From an uncultured Gammaproteobacteria bacterium (GTDB lineage: Bacteria > Pseudomonadota > Gammaproteobacteria > Chromatiales > Chromatiaceae), in contig CAWGCA010000018.1 of the NCBI GenBank assembly GCA_963820955.1, positions 376 through 64,375 on the forward strand: a DNA stretch of 64,000 nt, in the 5' to 3' direction. The position numbers were made by a program, and so were the translations under genes. Shown piece after piece: positions 19,713 through 29,600 of this stretch; position 1 is the first letter of the stretch, and each line of letters opens with the position of its first letter. The notes beneath the pieces are model-generated. The model searched no databases and was not told the DNA's origin. It saw only the letters and a list, made by a program, of their open reading frames with translations.

Positions 19713-20018
19713 ATGCCAAAAGATTCAATTGTACTGGACGAGTTGGAACAGCATTTTGAAGAAATTATCGGAGCAATGGGAACTCGCTTTACCACCCATG
19801 AGTTTCTATTGCGCCTTGCCTATGATTATCAGCGGGAATATGTTGCGGGTTTGGCCTCTTATGCAGAAGGGGGAAAGCCGTTCAGGGATCTGCATCACGC
19901 TCTGGTAAAACGGTTGAAAAAACAGGAGGGTAAACTGATTAAACTGCGTAAGGATAGTTATCCAAGCCGGGATATCTTTGGCACCCCCTCCCATTCCGGG
20001 TTATGGCGAAAGCTGTAA
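19713..20018 (+). CDS. Hypothetical basic 101-aa protein
   Basis: An RBS TGGAG lies 8 nt upstream of the ATG. No recognisable motifs. It lies 275 nt downstream of the previous small gene on the same strand. Confidence 0.5.
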   Translation: MPKDSIVLDELEQHFEEIIGAMGTRFTTHEFLLRLAYDYQREYVAGLASYAEGGKPFRDLHHALVKRLKKQEGKLIKLRKDSYPSRDIFGTPSHSGLWRKL

Positions 20019-20484
20019 ACTGGCCAGTTCCGATACTCACTGGGGATTGAATGAGGTCAGGCTGTTTGCGAAGGGCATGTTTCTGACTACGACGGCACTT
20101 GGCCCGCCAATCCCCATTCTTCACAAATCCTCTGATTTTTTCCCCTTGCTCCCTGGTGCTTGTTTTCACAGCGAGCCACGGGCGGGGGGGGTTGACCGCT
20201 GGCGGCAGAGGCCAGATCAATTCAGCGAGATATTTCACAGAGTATTAAAGGCCATAGGGTACCGCTGCTGACGACGAGTGGTGGGTGGTCAACGTCGTGC
20301 CCATCAGCAAACTGAAGCGAAGGGATAGAGTCCAGGACAGGTGCTTTGTCGGGATGATTCGGTTGGTTAATCGCCGGCTCTGATCGCACCCACGCTTGTC
20401 ATTGACTTTAGGGTCGATAAGAGTATAACCGACCACATTTTCTACAGTGAGACTGTTTCATTTAATTTCGGCAAGGAGGAAAAA

Positions 20485-21555
20485 GTGACTGGTATATTAC
20501 AAGAGATTGGACCGGGAGTGGTCACAGGCGATAACGTGCAGAAACTGCTGCAGTATGCCGGGGACAATGGTTTCGCGTTGCCTGCCGTCAACGTTGTGGG
20601 GACGAGTTCCGTTAACGCAGTACTGGAGGCCGCCGCGACAGCCGGTTCGCCGGTTATCGTTCAATTTTCGAGCGGTGGAGCGGGTTTCTATGCGGGACAG
20701 GGTTGTCCGTCAGATAAGGCCATGGTTCTCGGTGCAATCTCCGGTGCACAACATGTACATTCCATGGCGGAGGCCTATGGAGTTCCAGTGATTCTCCATA
20801 CCGATCACGCTGCGCGTAAACTCCTGCCCTGGGTGGACGGTATGCTGGATGCCGGTGAGGAACACCACAAAAAAACGGGGAAACCTCTGTTCAGTTCACA
20901 TATGTTGGATCTATCCGCCGAGCCACTGGAAGAGAATATCGCTACCTGTGAACAATATCTTGCGCGCATGCACAAGATCGGCATGACCCTGGAATTGGAA
21001 CTGGGGGTGACCGGTGGTGAGGAAGACGGAGTGGACAATACGGGAATAGACAACTCTGCGCTCTACACTCAACCCGAGGACGTGGCCCTTGCTTATGAGC
21101 GTCTAGTAAAAATAAGTGACAGATTTACGGTGGCTGCATCCTTCGGTAATGTGCATGGTGTCTACAAGCCAGGTAATGTCAAGCTTACACCTGAAATCCT
21201 CGCGAATTCTCAAAACCACATCCAACAAAAGTTCAGTACTGCTGAACGACCGGTGTTTTTTGTATTCCACGGCGGCTCCGGATCGAGCCGTGAGGATATC
21301 CGAGAGGCAATTTCCTACGGTGTGATCAAAATGAATATCGATACCGACACCCAGTGGGCTGCCTGGGACGGTGTTCGGGCGTACGAAGCGGAGAAGCACG
21401 ACTACCTGCAGGGTCAGATTGGCAACCCGGATGGTGACGACAAGCCCAATAAGAAATACTACGATCCGCGTAAATGGTTGCGGGCAGGCGAAGTGGCTAT
21501 GGTGAATCGTCTGATGGTCGCTTTTGAGGATCTTAACTGTCTGAATCGTAACTAA
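20485..21555 (+). CDS. fbaA: Class II fructose-1,6-bisphosphate aldolase (type A)
   Basis: The N-terminus GVVTGDNVQKLLQYAGDNGFALPAVNVVGTSSVNAVLEAAATAGSPVIVQFSSGG closely parallels E. coli FbaA. The start is a GTG 6 nt after AAGGAGGA. Confidence 0.92.
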   Translation: MTGILQEIGPGVVTGDNVQKLLQYAGDNGFALPAVNVVGTSSVNAVLEAAATAGSPVIVQFSSGGAGFYAGQGCPSDKAMVLGAISGAQHVHSMAEAYGVPVILHTDHAARKLLPWVDGMLDAGEEHHKKTGKPLFSSHMLDLSAEPLEENIATCEQYLARMHKIGMTLELELGVTGGEEDGVDNTGIDNSALYTQPEDVALAYERLVKISDRFTVAASFGNVHGVYKPGNVKLTPEILANSQNHIQQKFSTAERPVFFVFHGGSGSSREDIREAISYGVIKMNIDTDTQWAAWDGVRAYEAEKHDYLQGQIGNPDGDDKPNKKYYDPRKWLRAGEVAMVNRLMVAFEDLNCLNRN

Positions 21556-21616
21556 GAAAATTAATCGGTGTTGTTGCTGCCAGCGGAAAGTACCCAACAG
21601 ATGGTCATAGACACAT

Positions 21617-21643
21617 GGGCAGCTCGAGAAACTCGAGGTGCCC
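21617..21643. repeat. Palindromic hairpin built from family-A MITE ends; possible fbaA terminator
   Basis: GGGCAGCTCGAG-AAA-CTCGAGGTGCCC lies 62 nt after the fbaA stop. It is followed by CCGTTTACGAACCTAAGGA, a family-B fragment. Confidence 0.5.
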
Positions 21644-21797
21644 ATGTGGCCCAGGGACGCACCGTTTACGAACCTAAGGAAACAATCAAATAGACTTAGA
21701 ACCGAAAGTTTTTCAGATCGAGCATGGTAGAACCGTCGACTCCCAGGTAACACCGAAGGGTCGGCTGGAACTGCTCTCCCAGGCAGAGGTAAACCAA

Positions 21798-23090
21798 TTG
21801 CTCGACACCAGCCACGGGGGATTGTATGACCTGTACCGGAGATGTTCACTGGCGGTACTCAACTGTGGCAGCCAGATCGATGACAGTAAGGCGATCATGG
21901 AGCATTTCAAGGACTTCTCAATCCGTGTGGTTCAGCAGGAACGAGGTGTCACGCTGGAGCTAAAAAATGCGCCGGTCAGTGCCTTTGTCGATGGTGAGAT
22001 GATTCTGGGTATCAAAGAGCACCTGTTTGCGGTGCTACGGGATATCGTATATGCCAGCAATGAGATCTTTGGTAATCCCAACTTCGATTTGACCCAAACG
22101 GCTGATATCACCAATGCCATATTTCACATCCTTCGCAATGCCGAACTCCTTTCAACCCAAAGATCGCATGAACTTGTCGTTTGCTGGGGTGGTCACTCTA
22201 TAAACCGGGAAGAGTATGAATACACAAAAGAGGTTGGATACGAACTAGGCTTGCGCGGTCTGAACGTTTGCACTGGGTGCGGACCCGGCGCCATGAAAGG
22301 GCCGATGAAGGGGGCCGCAATCGGCCATGCCAAGCAGCGTATCAGAGACGGGCGTTATATCGGTATCACCGAGCCAGGGATCATCGCAGCGGAATCGCCT
22401 AATCCGATTGTTAATGAACTGGCCATCATGCCGGACATCGAGAAGCGCCTGGAAGCGTTCGTGCGCGTTGGCCATGGTATTATTGTATTTCCAGGTGGGG
22501 CGGGAACAGCGGAAGAAATTCTCCATTTAATCGGAATTCTGCTGCATCCGGATAACGCAGAACTGCCTTTCCCTTTGATCTTCACCGGGCCGGCCGACAG
22601 CGCCGATTACTTTCATCAGATAAACGAATTTATCTCCGCGACACTGGGTGATGGGGCGAGGGGTCTGTACCAAATCATCATTAACAATCCAGCCGAGGTT
22701 GCCCAGGCCATGAAGCGGGGGCTGGAGACAGTCCGCGAATTCCGGTCGGCCAACAATGACGCCTATCATTTTAACTGGCTGTTGAAAATTCAGGCTGATT
22801 TTCAGGTTCCATTCCACCCGACTCATGAAAACATGGCGGTGCTTGAACTACACCAAAATCAGCCGCCACATCTTCTGGCCGCGCAATTACGGCGGGCGTT
22901 TTCCGGCATTGTATCCGGCAATGTCAAGGAGGATGGTATCCGTATGATAGAGCAGCATGGGCCATTCGAAATCAAAGGAGAACCAGGTATCCTGAAACCA
23001 CTGGATGAGTTGCTATCCTCTTTTGTCAGCAGGCAGCGTATGAAGCTTCCAGGGAGTCGTTATCGACCCTGTTATAGGATCTGCGGTTAG
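21798..23090 (+). CDS. ppnN: Pyrimidine/purine nucleotide 5'-monophosphate nucleosidase PpnN (LOG family); 5' end unresolved
   Basis: LYDLYRRCSLAVLNCGS, FSIRVVQQERGVTLEL, the LOG core VCTGCGPGAMKGPMKGA and PGGAGTAEE are present. PpnN-like sequence (VTPKGRLELLSQAEVNQLL) continues in frame upstream to at least 21747, with no ATG, GTG or TTG in that stretch. Confidence 0.85.
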   Translation: MLDTSHGGLYDLYRRCSLAVLNCGSQIDDSKAIMEHFKDFSIRVVQQERGVTLELKNAPVSAFVDGEMILGIKEHLFAVLRDIVYASNEIFGNPNFDLTQTADITNAIFHILRNAELLSTQRSHELVVCWGGHSINREEYEYTKEVGYELGLRGLNVCTGCGPGAMKGPMKGAAIGHAKQRIRDGRYIGITEPGIIAAESPNPIVNELAIMPDIEKRLEAFVRVGHGIIVFPGGAGTAEEILHLIGILLHPDNAELPFPLIFTGPADSADYFHQINEFISATLGDGARGLYQIIINNPAEVAQAMKRGLETVREFRSANNDAYHFNWLLKIQADFQVPFHPTHENMAVLELHQNQPPHLLAAQLRRAFSGIVSGNVKEDGIRMIEQHGPFEIKGEPGILKPLDELLSSFVSRQRMKLPGSRYRPCYRICG

Positions 23091-23116
23091 CCTCCTGATG
23101 AGAAACGCCCGTTGAT

Positions 23117-23974
23117 TTAAAGAATACTCACGTGCACTTCTACCTCCATCCTGCCTTTGCAGTCCGGCGGCCCAAGAAATCGCCCCGAAACAGGTGAGAT
23201 GACCTCGGGGTGGCGATGTACTGCGACCGCTATATGGTCACGTCCCACTATCTGTCCACTGGTTGAGTCGAAGCCCCACCAGCCGGTGCCCGGGAGATAG
23301 ACCTCCGACCAGGCATGGGTGGTTGCAAGGTCTTCGACTGCTGTATTCGACACCAGATACCCAGTGACGAAACGACTTGCAAGGCCACAGTAACGACAGG
23401 CCTCGATGAATAGCGTGGCAACATCGCGGCAGGAGCCCTTGCCAAGGGACAGGGTGGTGTTGGGAGACTGAACACCCGGTTCGGTACGCACCGTATATTC
23501 GATCGTTCCAGCGATCTTCTCGTTAATTCGATTCAACAGAAGTACCGTATCGATCAACTCCCCGCTATTCAGGATATCTTTCAGCCATTCTCCTACAGCG
23601 GCGTAGTCCTGCGGAAAGACAGAGATTTGATAGGGTATCAGATCGATCTGTTCGATAGGATCATAGTGAAAGGGATATTGACTGGCCTGTTTCGCCAATT
23701 GAAAGGGGGATTTTTGTTCGATGTAGTGCTGCACCACGAGACGGCTGACGATCTCCAGCAGATCGCTGTTCTCACGGAAGTGGATCATCGACACGGAGTT
23801 GCCGAACAAATCTCTTTGCCACTCGATATCGAAGGCGGGAGTGATCTGGAGCGAAGAGGATTCAATGCGGATATCATGCCCCTCGCGTGGTCTTACATAG
23901 ACCTTGTGAGGCAGAAACTGGACTGACTCCGGGTACACATACTTGGTTATATGCTCGATTTCGATACGACGCAT
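23117..23974 (-). CDS. Transglutaminase-like cysteine peptidase family protein (with Bact_transglu_N-type N-terminus)
   Basis: The catalytic Cys context is GKGSCRDVATLFIEACRYCGLASRFVTGY, and the His/Asp context is THAWSEVYLPGTGWWGFDST. Confidence 0.85.
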   Translation of the reverse strand: MRRIEIEHITKYVYPESVQFLPHKVYVRPREGHDIRIESSSLQITPAFDIEWQRDLFGNSVSMIHFRENSDLLEIVSRLVVQHYIEQKSPFQLAKQASQYPFHYDPIEQIDLIPYQISVFPQDYAAVGEWLKDILNSGELIDTVLLLNRINEKIAGTIEYTVRTEPGVQSPNTTLSLGKGSCRDVATLFIEACRYCGLASRFVTGYLVSNTAVEDLATTHAWSEVYLPGTGWWGFDSTSGQIVGRDHIAVAVHRHPEVISPVSGRFLGPPDCKGRMEVEVHVSIL

Positions 23975-24041
23975 ACGGAGTCTCCTGGATTGGCTCGATT
24001 AGTGTCTGGCAGTGGTAGTGGCCATCAGGTGTTATTTTATT

Positions 24042-24125
24042 TCAGGTGGATAGGGCGAGCAGGCGGGACATAATGGACTTGCCAATGCCACCCTTTTCAC
24101 CGCCTATAAAATGGATTCGACTCAT
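24042..24125 (-). pseudogene. N-terminal 27-codon remnant of a ParA/MinD/TraL-like P-loop ATPase
   Basis: MSRIHFIGGEKGGIGKSIMSRLLALST-stop carries a deviant Walker A (GGEKGGIGKS) but ends immediately after it. Confidence 0.45.
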
Positions 24126-24247
24126 CGAACCCGTCCTGATCGAATGAATAAAAAAGATGTCAGTGATGCCTGTTGCCAGCTGAAGACATAGCTGTTTTCG
24201 GCATTTTTGTCTGCTATGTTTAAATTCCGGCAGCATGGGCTGTATCT

Positions 24248-25192
24248 TTATGCAGCCTCTTCCGCAAGTGAAGGAAAGTAGGTCTCTGCAATTGCACCGT
24301 GCAAATGACCAAGATGGATCTGCAGTTTGTCCACGAATTTATGCAGAACATCGTTGTCCATTTTGGCCATGGATGTTTTTTGCATAACCTGTTCAATGTT
24401 ACGGAGCATTTCAAGTGGGCCGGCGTTGTTTGGCAGTTTGGATAGATTGGTAGAGATGTTCTCTGTGCAGTAGGTAAAAGATCGCGGAAACTCCGCCTTG
24501 CGAAACAGAAAGGTCAGGACGTCGATACGATTTATCCGTACCTGCATGCTTTGCCGGTACATCTGATAGGCACTCAGGCTCTCCAGCATGCTCATCCAAA
24601 GCATGTCCTCATAAGGCCGAAGCTCGGGAGCATCATCCGGAATCGGGTTTTCCGATTTCACATCGATGATGCGGCTGGTCATGTCGGCTCTTTCCAGTTT
24701 TCTACCAATATTGAGGAAGTGATAGGCGGTATCGTGATTCATAGTGCCCGCCAGTAGACCGGTGTGCTGCTGGAGACCGCGAATAATCAGGCTCAGATAG
24801 TCGTGCCGGCCCTGACGCGCGTAGCTGGTTTGTTTGGTATCGACCACATTCTGATGGAAGGCGTTAAACTCTTCCCAGGCCTCCCGGGGCAGGCTGTCGC
24901 GAACGGTACGTGCATTCTCCCGCGCGAAAGCGAGTGTCGAAAGAATGGAACCGGGATTGCTTTCGTCCGAGATCAGAAAATTGACCACACGTCGCTCGGT
25001 GATTTCATCGTGTCGCTCGGTGTAGTCCTTGTCACAGCCGAGGATGCGGATCATCGGCTCCCAGCCCAGTGTAATCCCTTTCGGCAGGTCGAGCATCAGG
25101 TTGGAGTTGACGTTGATCAACCGTGCCGTGTTCTCCACACGCTCCAGATAACGGCCGATCCAGTAGATGGATTCAGCGACTCGGGAAAGCAT
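24248..25192 (-). CDS. Alpha-E domain protein (DUF403 family)
   Basis: The MLSRVAESIYWIGRYLERVENTARLINV signature start is present, at the canonical position downstream of the CP ATP-grasp gene. Confidence 0.85.
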   Translation of the reverse strand: MLSRVAESIYWIGRYLERVENTARLINVNSNLMLDLPKGITLGWEPMIRILGCDKDYTERHDEITERRVVNFLISDESNPGSILSTLAFARENARTVRDSLPREAWEEFNAFHQNVVDTKQTSYARQGRHDYLSLIIRGLQQHTGLLAGTMNHDTAYHFLNIGRKLERADMTSRIIDVKSENPIPDDAPELRPYEDMLWMSMLESLSAYQMYRQSMQVRINRIDVLTFLFRKAEFPRSFTYCTENISTNLSKLPNNAGPLEMLRNIEQVMQKTSMAKMDNDVLHKFVDKLQIHLGHLHGAIAETYFPSLAEEAA

Positions 25193-25216
25193 CTTTATAT
25201 ACTCCTCTTTGAGGCA

Positions 25217-26665
25217 CTAGCTGTCTACGATCCAGGTATCTTTGCTGCCGCCACCCTGCGATGAGTTGACCACCAGTGACCCTTTGCGCAACGCCACCCG
25301 GGTGAGCCCACCGGTGGTGACCTTTATCGATTTGCCACTCAGGATGAACGGGCGAAGATCCACATGGCGGGGTTCGAGCTGTCCCCCCCGGACCATTGTC
25401 GGGACAGTGGAGATGCCGAGCGTCGGTTGGGCGATATAGTTGCGCGGGTCGGCTTTGATTAGTTTCGCGAACGTTTCGCGCTCCGCTCTAGTGGAGGCTG
25501 GTCCTACCAGCATACCGTATCCACCAGACTCGTTGGCCGGTTTCACCACCAGTTCCTGCAGATGTTCAAGGATGTAAGTCAGCGAGTCTGGGTCCATGCA
25601 GCGCCAGGTGGGTACATTTGGCACCAAGGGCTCCTGATCCAGGTAATAGCGGATGATGTCCGGGACATAGGAGTAGACAACCTTGTCATCTGCCACCCCT
25701 GCACCAGGGGCATTGGCCAGGGCAACATTGCCTGCCTTCCAGGCCCTCATGAGGCCAGGAACCCCAAGCACGGAATCGCGATCGAAGGCCTCGGGATCCA
25801 TGAACAGGTCGTCGATACGCCGGTAGATCACATCTACCCGGGAGAGCCCCTCGACGTTGCGCATGTAGACGCAATCGTCGTCTTGGACGATCAGGTCTCG
25901 TCCCTCCACCAGCTCACAGCCCATCTGTTGCGCCAGATAGGCGTGTTCGAAATAGGCGGAGTTATAGATGCCCGGGGTCATGACCACGATCTCCGGGTCA
26001 TCACCCGGCCGGGGAGAGAGGGCGGCCAGGGTATCGAAGAGAGCGCCGGGATAGGTGTTTACCGGCAGTGGACTGTAGGTCTCGAACAGTTCCGGGAAGA
26101 CACGCTTTGTCACCTGCCGGTTCTCCAGCATATAGGAGACCCCGGAGGGTACCCGCAGATTGTCCTCTAGCACATAGATCTTGCCGTCACTGTGGCGCAC
26201 CAGGTCGGAGCCACAGATGTGGGCCCAGATACCCAGGGGCGGATTGACGTCGGCGCACTGTTCGCGAAAGTTTACCGATGCGGCCAGCACCACGGCAGGA
26301 AAGACCTGGTCCTTGATGATTTTCTGGTCGTGGTAGAGATCGTCGATGAAGAGGTTGAGGGCCTCCACCCGCTGCTTCAGCCCCCGCTCGATCTGGTCCC
26401 ACTCCTTTTTGGGGATCATGCGGGGAATGATGTCGAAGGGCCAGGCCCGGTCGATGGAGCCCTCCTCCTCGGTGTAGACCCGAAAGGTGATGCCCATCTG
26501 CTTGATGGCGAGATCTGCGGCCTGTTGACGCTCGTCCAGCTCTTCTCGGTCGAGATTCTTCAGATATCCGATCAGTTTTCGCGCGTAGGATCTGGCATGA
26601 CCCTTGGGTGTGATCAGTTCATCGTAGAAAGGATGGTTTGTAAAGGACTCCCAGTTGATACTCAT
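25217..26665 (-). CDS. Circularly permuted ATP-grasp type 2 protein (DUF404/DUF407)
   Basis: 482 aa with GITFRVYTEEEGSIDRAWPFDIIPRMIPKKEWDQIERGLKQRVEALNLFIDDLY, the pattern of this family. Its start overlaps the upstream stop (ATGA at 26662-26665). Confidence 0.88.
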   Translation of the reverse strand: MSINWESFTNHPFYDELITPKGHARSYARKLIGYLKNLDREELDERQQAADLAIKQMGITFRVYTEEEGSIDRAWPFDIIPRMIPKKEWDQIERGLKQRVEALNLFIDDLYHDQKIIKDQVFPAVVLAASVNFREQCADVNPPLGIWAHICGSDLVRHSDGKIYVLEDNLRVPSGVSYMLENRQVTKRVFPELFETYSPLPVNTYPGALFDTLAALSPRPGDDPEIVVMTPGIYNSAYFEHAYLAQQMGCELVEGRDLIVQDDDCVYMRNVEGLSRVDVIYRRIDDLFMDPEAFDRDSVLGVPGLMRAWKAGNVALANAPGAGVADDKVVYSYVPDIIRYYLDQEPLVPNVPTWRCMDPDSLTYILEHLQELVVKPANESGGYGMLVGPASTRAERETFAKLIKADPRNYIAQPTLGISTVPTMVRGGQLEPRHVDLRPFILSGKSIKVTTGGLTRVALRKGSLVVNSSQGGGSKDTWIVDS

Positions 26666-29600
26666 GACGTGCCCCCCCTTGGCGGTGTGCGCAGGTCGAG
26701 GGTCCAGGGGAAATCGGGACTCAACGGTTCTTCCGGTGCAAGAATGCGCCCGCCCGTGTGACCCTGCTGGGTGAAGCGGGCCAGACGTCTGGCTTCCGCC
26801 TCATAGGCATTGACGGGAAAAACCTCGGAATTGCGGCCGCCAGGATGGGCCACATGGTAGGTACAGCCGCCCAGGGAATGTTGGTTCCAGGTGTCCACTA
26901 CATCGAATACCAGGGGGGTCTGAGCCGGAATTGTCGGATGCAGCCCCGAAGGTGGCTGCCAGGCCTTGTAGCGGACCCCGGCAACGAATTCGCCTCGGGT
27001 GCCGGTATTGCGCAGGGGGACCCGACGGCCGTTGCAGGTAATCACATAGCGGTTCGGGGTCAGCCCGCTGGCCTTTACCTGAAGGCGCTCTACCGAGGAA
27101 TCCACGTAGCGTGCGGTACCCAGAGCAGTTACCTCTTCTCCCAGTACGTTCCAGGGCTCGATGGCGAAACGCAACTCCAACTCGATGTCATCCACGTTGA
27201 GAGTGCCGTAGCGGGGGAAACGGAATTCGACGAAAGGGTCGAACCAGCTTATGTCGAAACGGTGTCCGGCTCGGTTCAGATCAGCGATGACATCGGAGAG
27301 ATCCCGCTGTACATGGTGGGGCAGCATAAATCGGTCGTGCAGTTCTGTACCCCAGCGCACCGGTTCCCGTTCGTACGGATGGTCCCAGAAACGGGCGATC
27401 AGGGAGCGCAGCAGCAGCATCTGCACGCTGCTCATTCGGGCATGGGGCGGCATCTCGAAGCCACGGAATTCCACCAGTCCCAGGCGGCCGTTGGGACCGT
27501 CCGGTGAGTAGAGCTTGTCGATGCAGAACTCCGATCGATGGGTGTTGCCAGTCAGGTCAACCAGCAGGTGACGCAGCACCCGGTCTACCACCCAGGGTTG
27601 AGGGATCTCATGGGCCGGTAATTCGTTGAAGGCGATGCCCAGTTCATAAAGTGCATCATCCCGGGCTTCGTCCACCCGAGGGGCCTGGGAGGTGGGGCCG
27701 ATGAATAACCCGGAAAAAAGATAAGAGAGGGCAGGGTGATTCTGCCAATAGGTCAACAGACTGCGCAACAGATGGGGGCGGCGCAGGATTGGGCTGTCGG
27801 CAGCGCAAGCGGCACCAATGGTGACATGGTTGCCACCCCCAGTGCCCGAATGGCGCCCGTCCAGCATGAACTTCTCGGCGCTCAGTCTCGATTGCCGGGC
27901 CTCTTCGTAAAGGACCGACGTATTCTTGACCAGTTCCCGCCAGTCTTTGGCGGGATGGATGTTGACTTCGATGACCCCTGGATCCGGGGTCACCATCAAA
28001 CGTTGAAGGCGTGGGTCATGGGGAGGCTCGTACCCTTCCATGATGATCGGCAGATCCGTCTCCAACGCGGAGGCTTCGATTGCGTTGACCAGATCAAGAT
28101 AGTGTTCCAACTCCTCGAGGGGCGGCAGAAAGACATGCAGGTGCCCGTCGCGTTGTTCGACACACATGGTTGTGCGGATGAGTGTCGCCCCCCCTTGTGG
28201 TGAGCCACTTCGGTCGATGCTCCGATCGTCTGCGGCGAGTGGTTGTTCCGGTAGTGGACTGATTTCGCCTTTGCGGACCATGCGCGCGCGGTCGCGGATC
28301 TCCGGCACCAATTTGCGTTGATCGAAAGGGTCCTTGGGCAGTACGGCCTGGCGCTTACTCTTGGATTGCCAGAGCAGGGAATCCAGAGGCAGACGATAAC
28401 CCATGGGCGAGTCGCCAGGAATCAGAAACATCTTGTCGCGGCGAAATATCCACGGGCTGGAGGTCCAGCCCTCACGGTCGTAGTCCCAGGCGATGGGCAG
28501 GGCGTAGCCTGCAACCCGGTCAAGACCCTGTTCAAATATACGGCGCACCCTCGCACGTTCGATGGGATCTTTCAGCTTGTTGTCAGAAACGTCCACATTG
28601 GTCGGCAGGGTGCCCTCTTTCCACAGATAATAGGCGCCGTCTTCGAATCCCGGTCTAATATGATCCTTAGCCAACTCCAGGTGGGTGGCGATGCGCTCAA
28701 TCAACCGACGGGCCTGCTGGTCGGTGAAATTTTTACCGGAGCCAGGGTGATCGAGCAGTTCCGGGTGATTCCATGCCGGCTGATCATCTTTGCGCCAGGC
28801 ACAGGTCATGGCCCAGCGCGGCAGTTGTTCGCCCGGATACCATTTCCCCTGGCCGTAGTGGAGCACCGCGCCTTTAGCAAAGGCCTCTTTCAGGCGTCGC
28901 AGCAAAACTCCGGCCCGCTCGAGTTTGTGCTCCCCCAGGGCGGCGGTACTCCATTGGGGGCTGTCCATGTCGTCAATGGAGACGAATGTGGGTTCACCGC
29001 CCATAGTGAGACGCACATCTCCTTCGAACAATGCCTCATCCACCTCGTCGCCCAGGGCCAGAATCTCCCGCCACTGCTCTTCAGTGTAAGGTTTTGTCAC
29101 CCGGGGGTCTTCATGGATGCGGCTGACCTTGTTTTCGAATCTAAAGGTGACCTCGCACTTGTCTGTGGCGCCTACGATCGGGGAGGCGCTGGTGGGATCG
29201 GGCGTGCAGGCAAGGGGGATATGTCCCTCCCCCGCGAACAGACCCGATGTGGGATCCAGCCCGACCCAGCCCGCACCCGGGACAAAGACCTCCGCCCAGG
29301 CATGCAGATCAGTGAAATCCGCCTCCGGTCCTGAAGGGCCGTCCAGGGATTTCTGATCGGCAGTGAGCTGGATCAGGTAGCCGGAGACAAAACGTGCCGC
29401 CAGACCCAGATGCCGCAGGATCTGAACCAGCAGCCAGCCGGTGTCCCGGCAGGAGCCGGTTTTTTTCTGCAGGGTCTTCTCGCAGGTCTGAATACCGGGC
29501 TCCATGCGGATGGTGTAGCCGATCAGCTTCTCGAGTTCCTGGTTCAGTTCCACCAGGAAGTAAACGATGTTAGGCCCCTTGATCCCGATTTCATTATTGC

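Noticed and set aside
20184-20191. G8 homopolymer in the fbaA upstream region
   Set aside because: It is short, lies well upstream of the start and has no obvious promoter element overlapping it. It is mentioned only alongside the C10 tract.
19939-20238. 99-aa minus-strand ORF overlapping the end of the 19713-20018 gene
   Set aside because: It overlaps a better-supported plus-strand ORF and has no RBS. A vague resemblance to integrase-like text could not be substantiated.
28318-29334. Long antisense ORFs inside well-supported genes (also 34755-35771, 8443-9282, 21103-21849, 9910-10740, 11401-12093, 25562-26170, 26758-27507, 15871-16455, 63082-63983)
   Set aside because: Each is opposite a gene with clear family motifs, has no motifs of its own and has Arg/Gly/Pro-biased composition typical of antisense frames.
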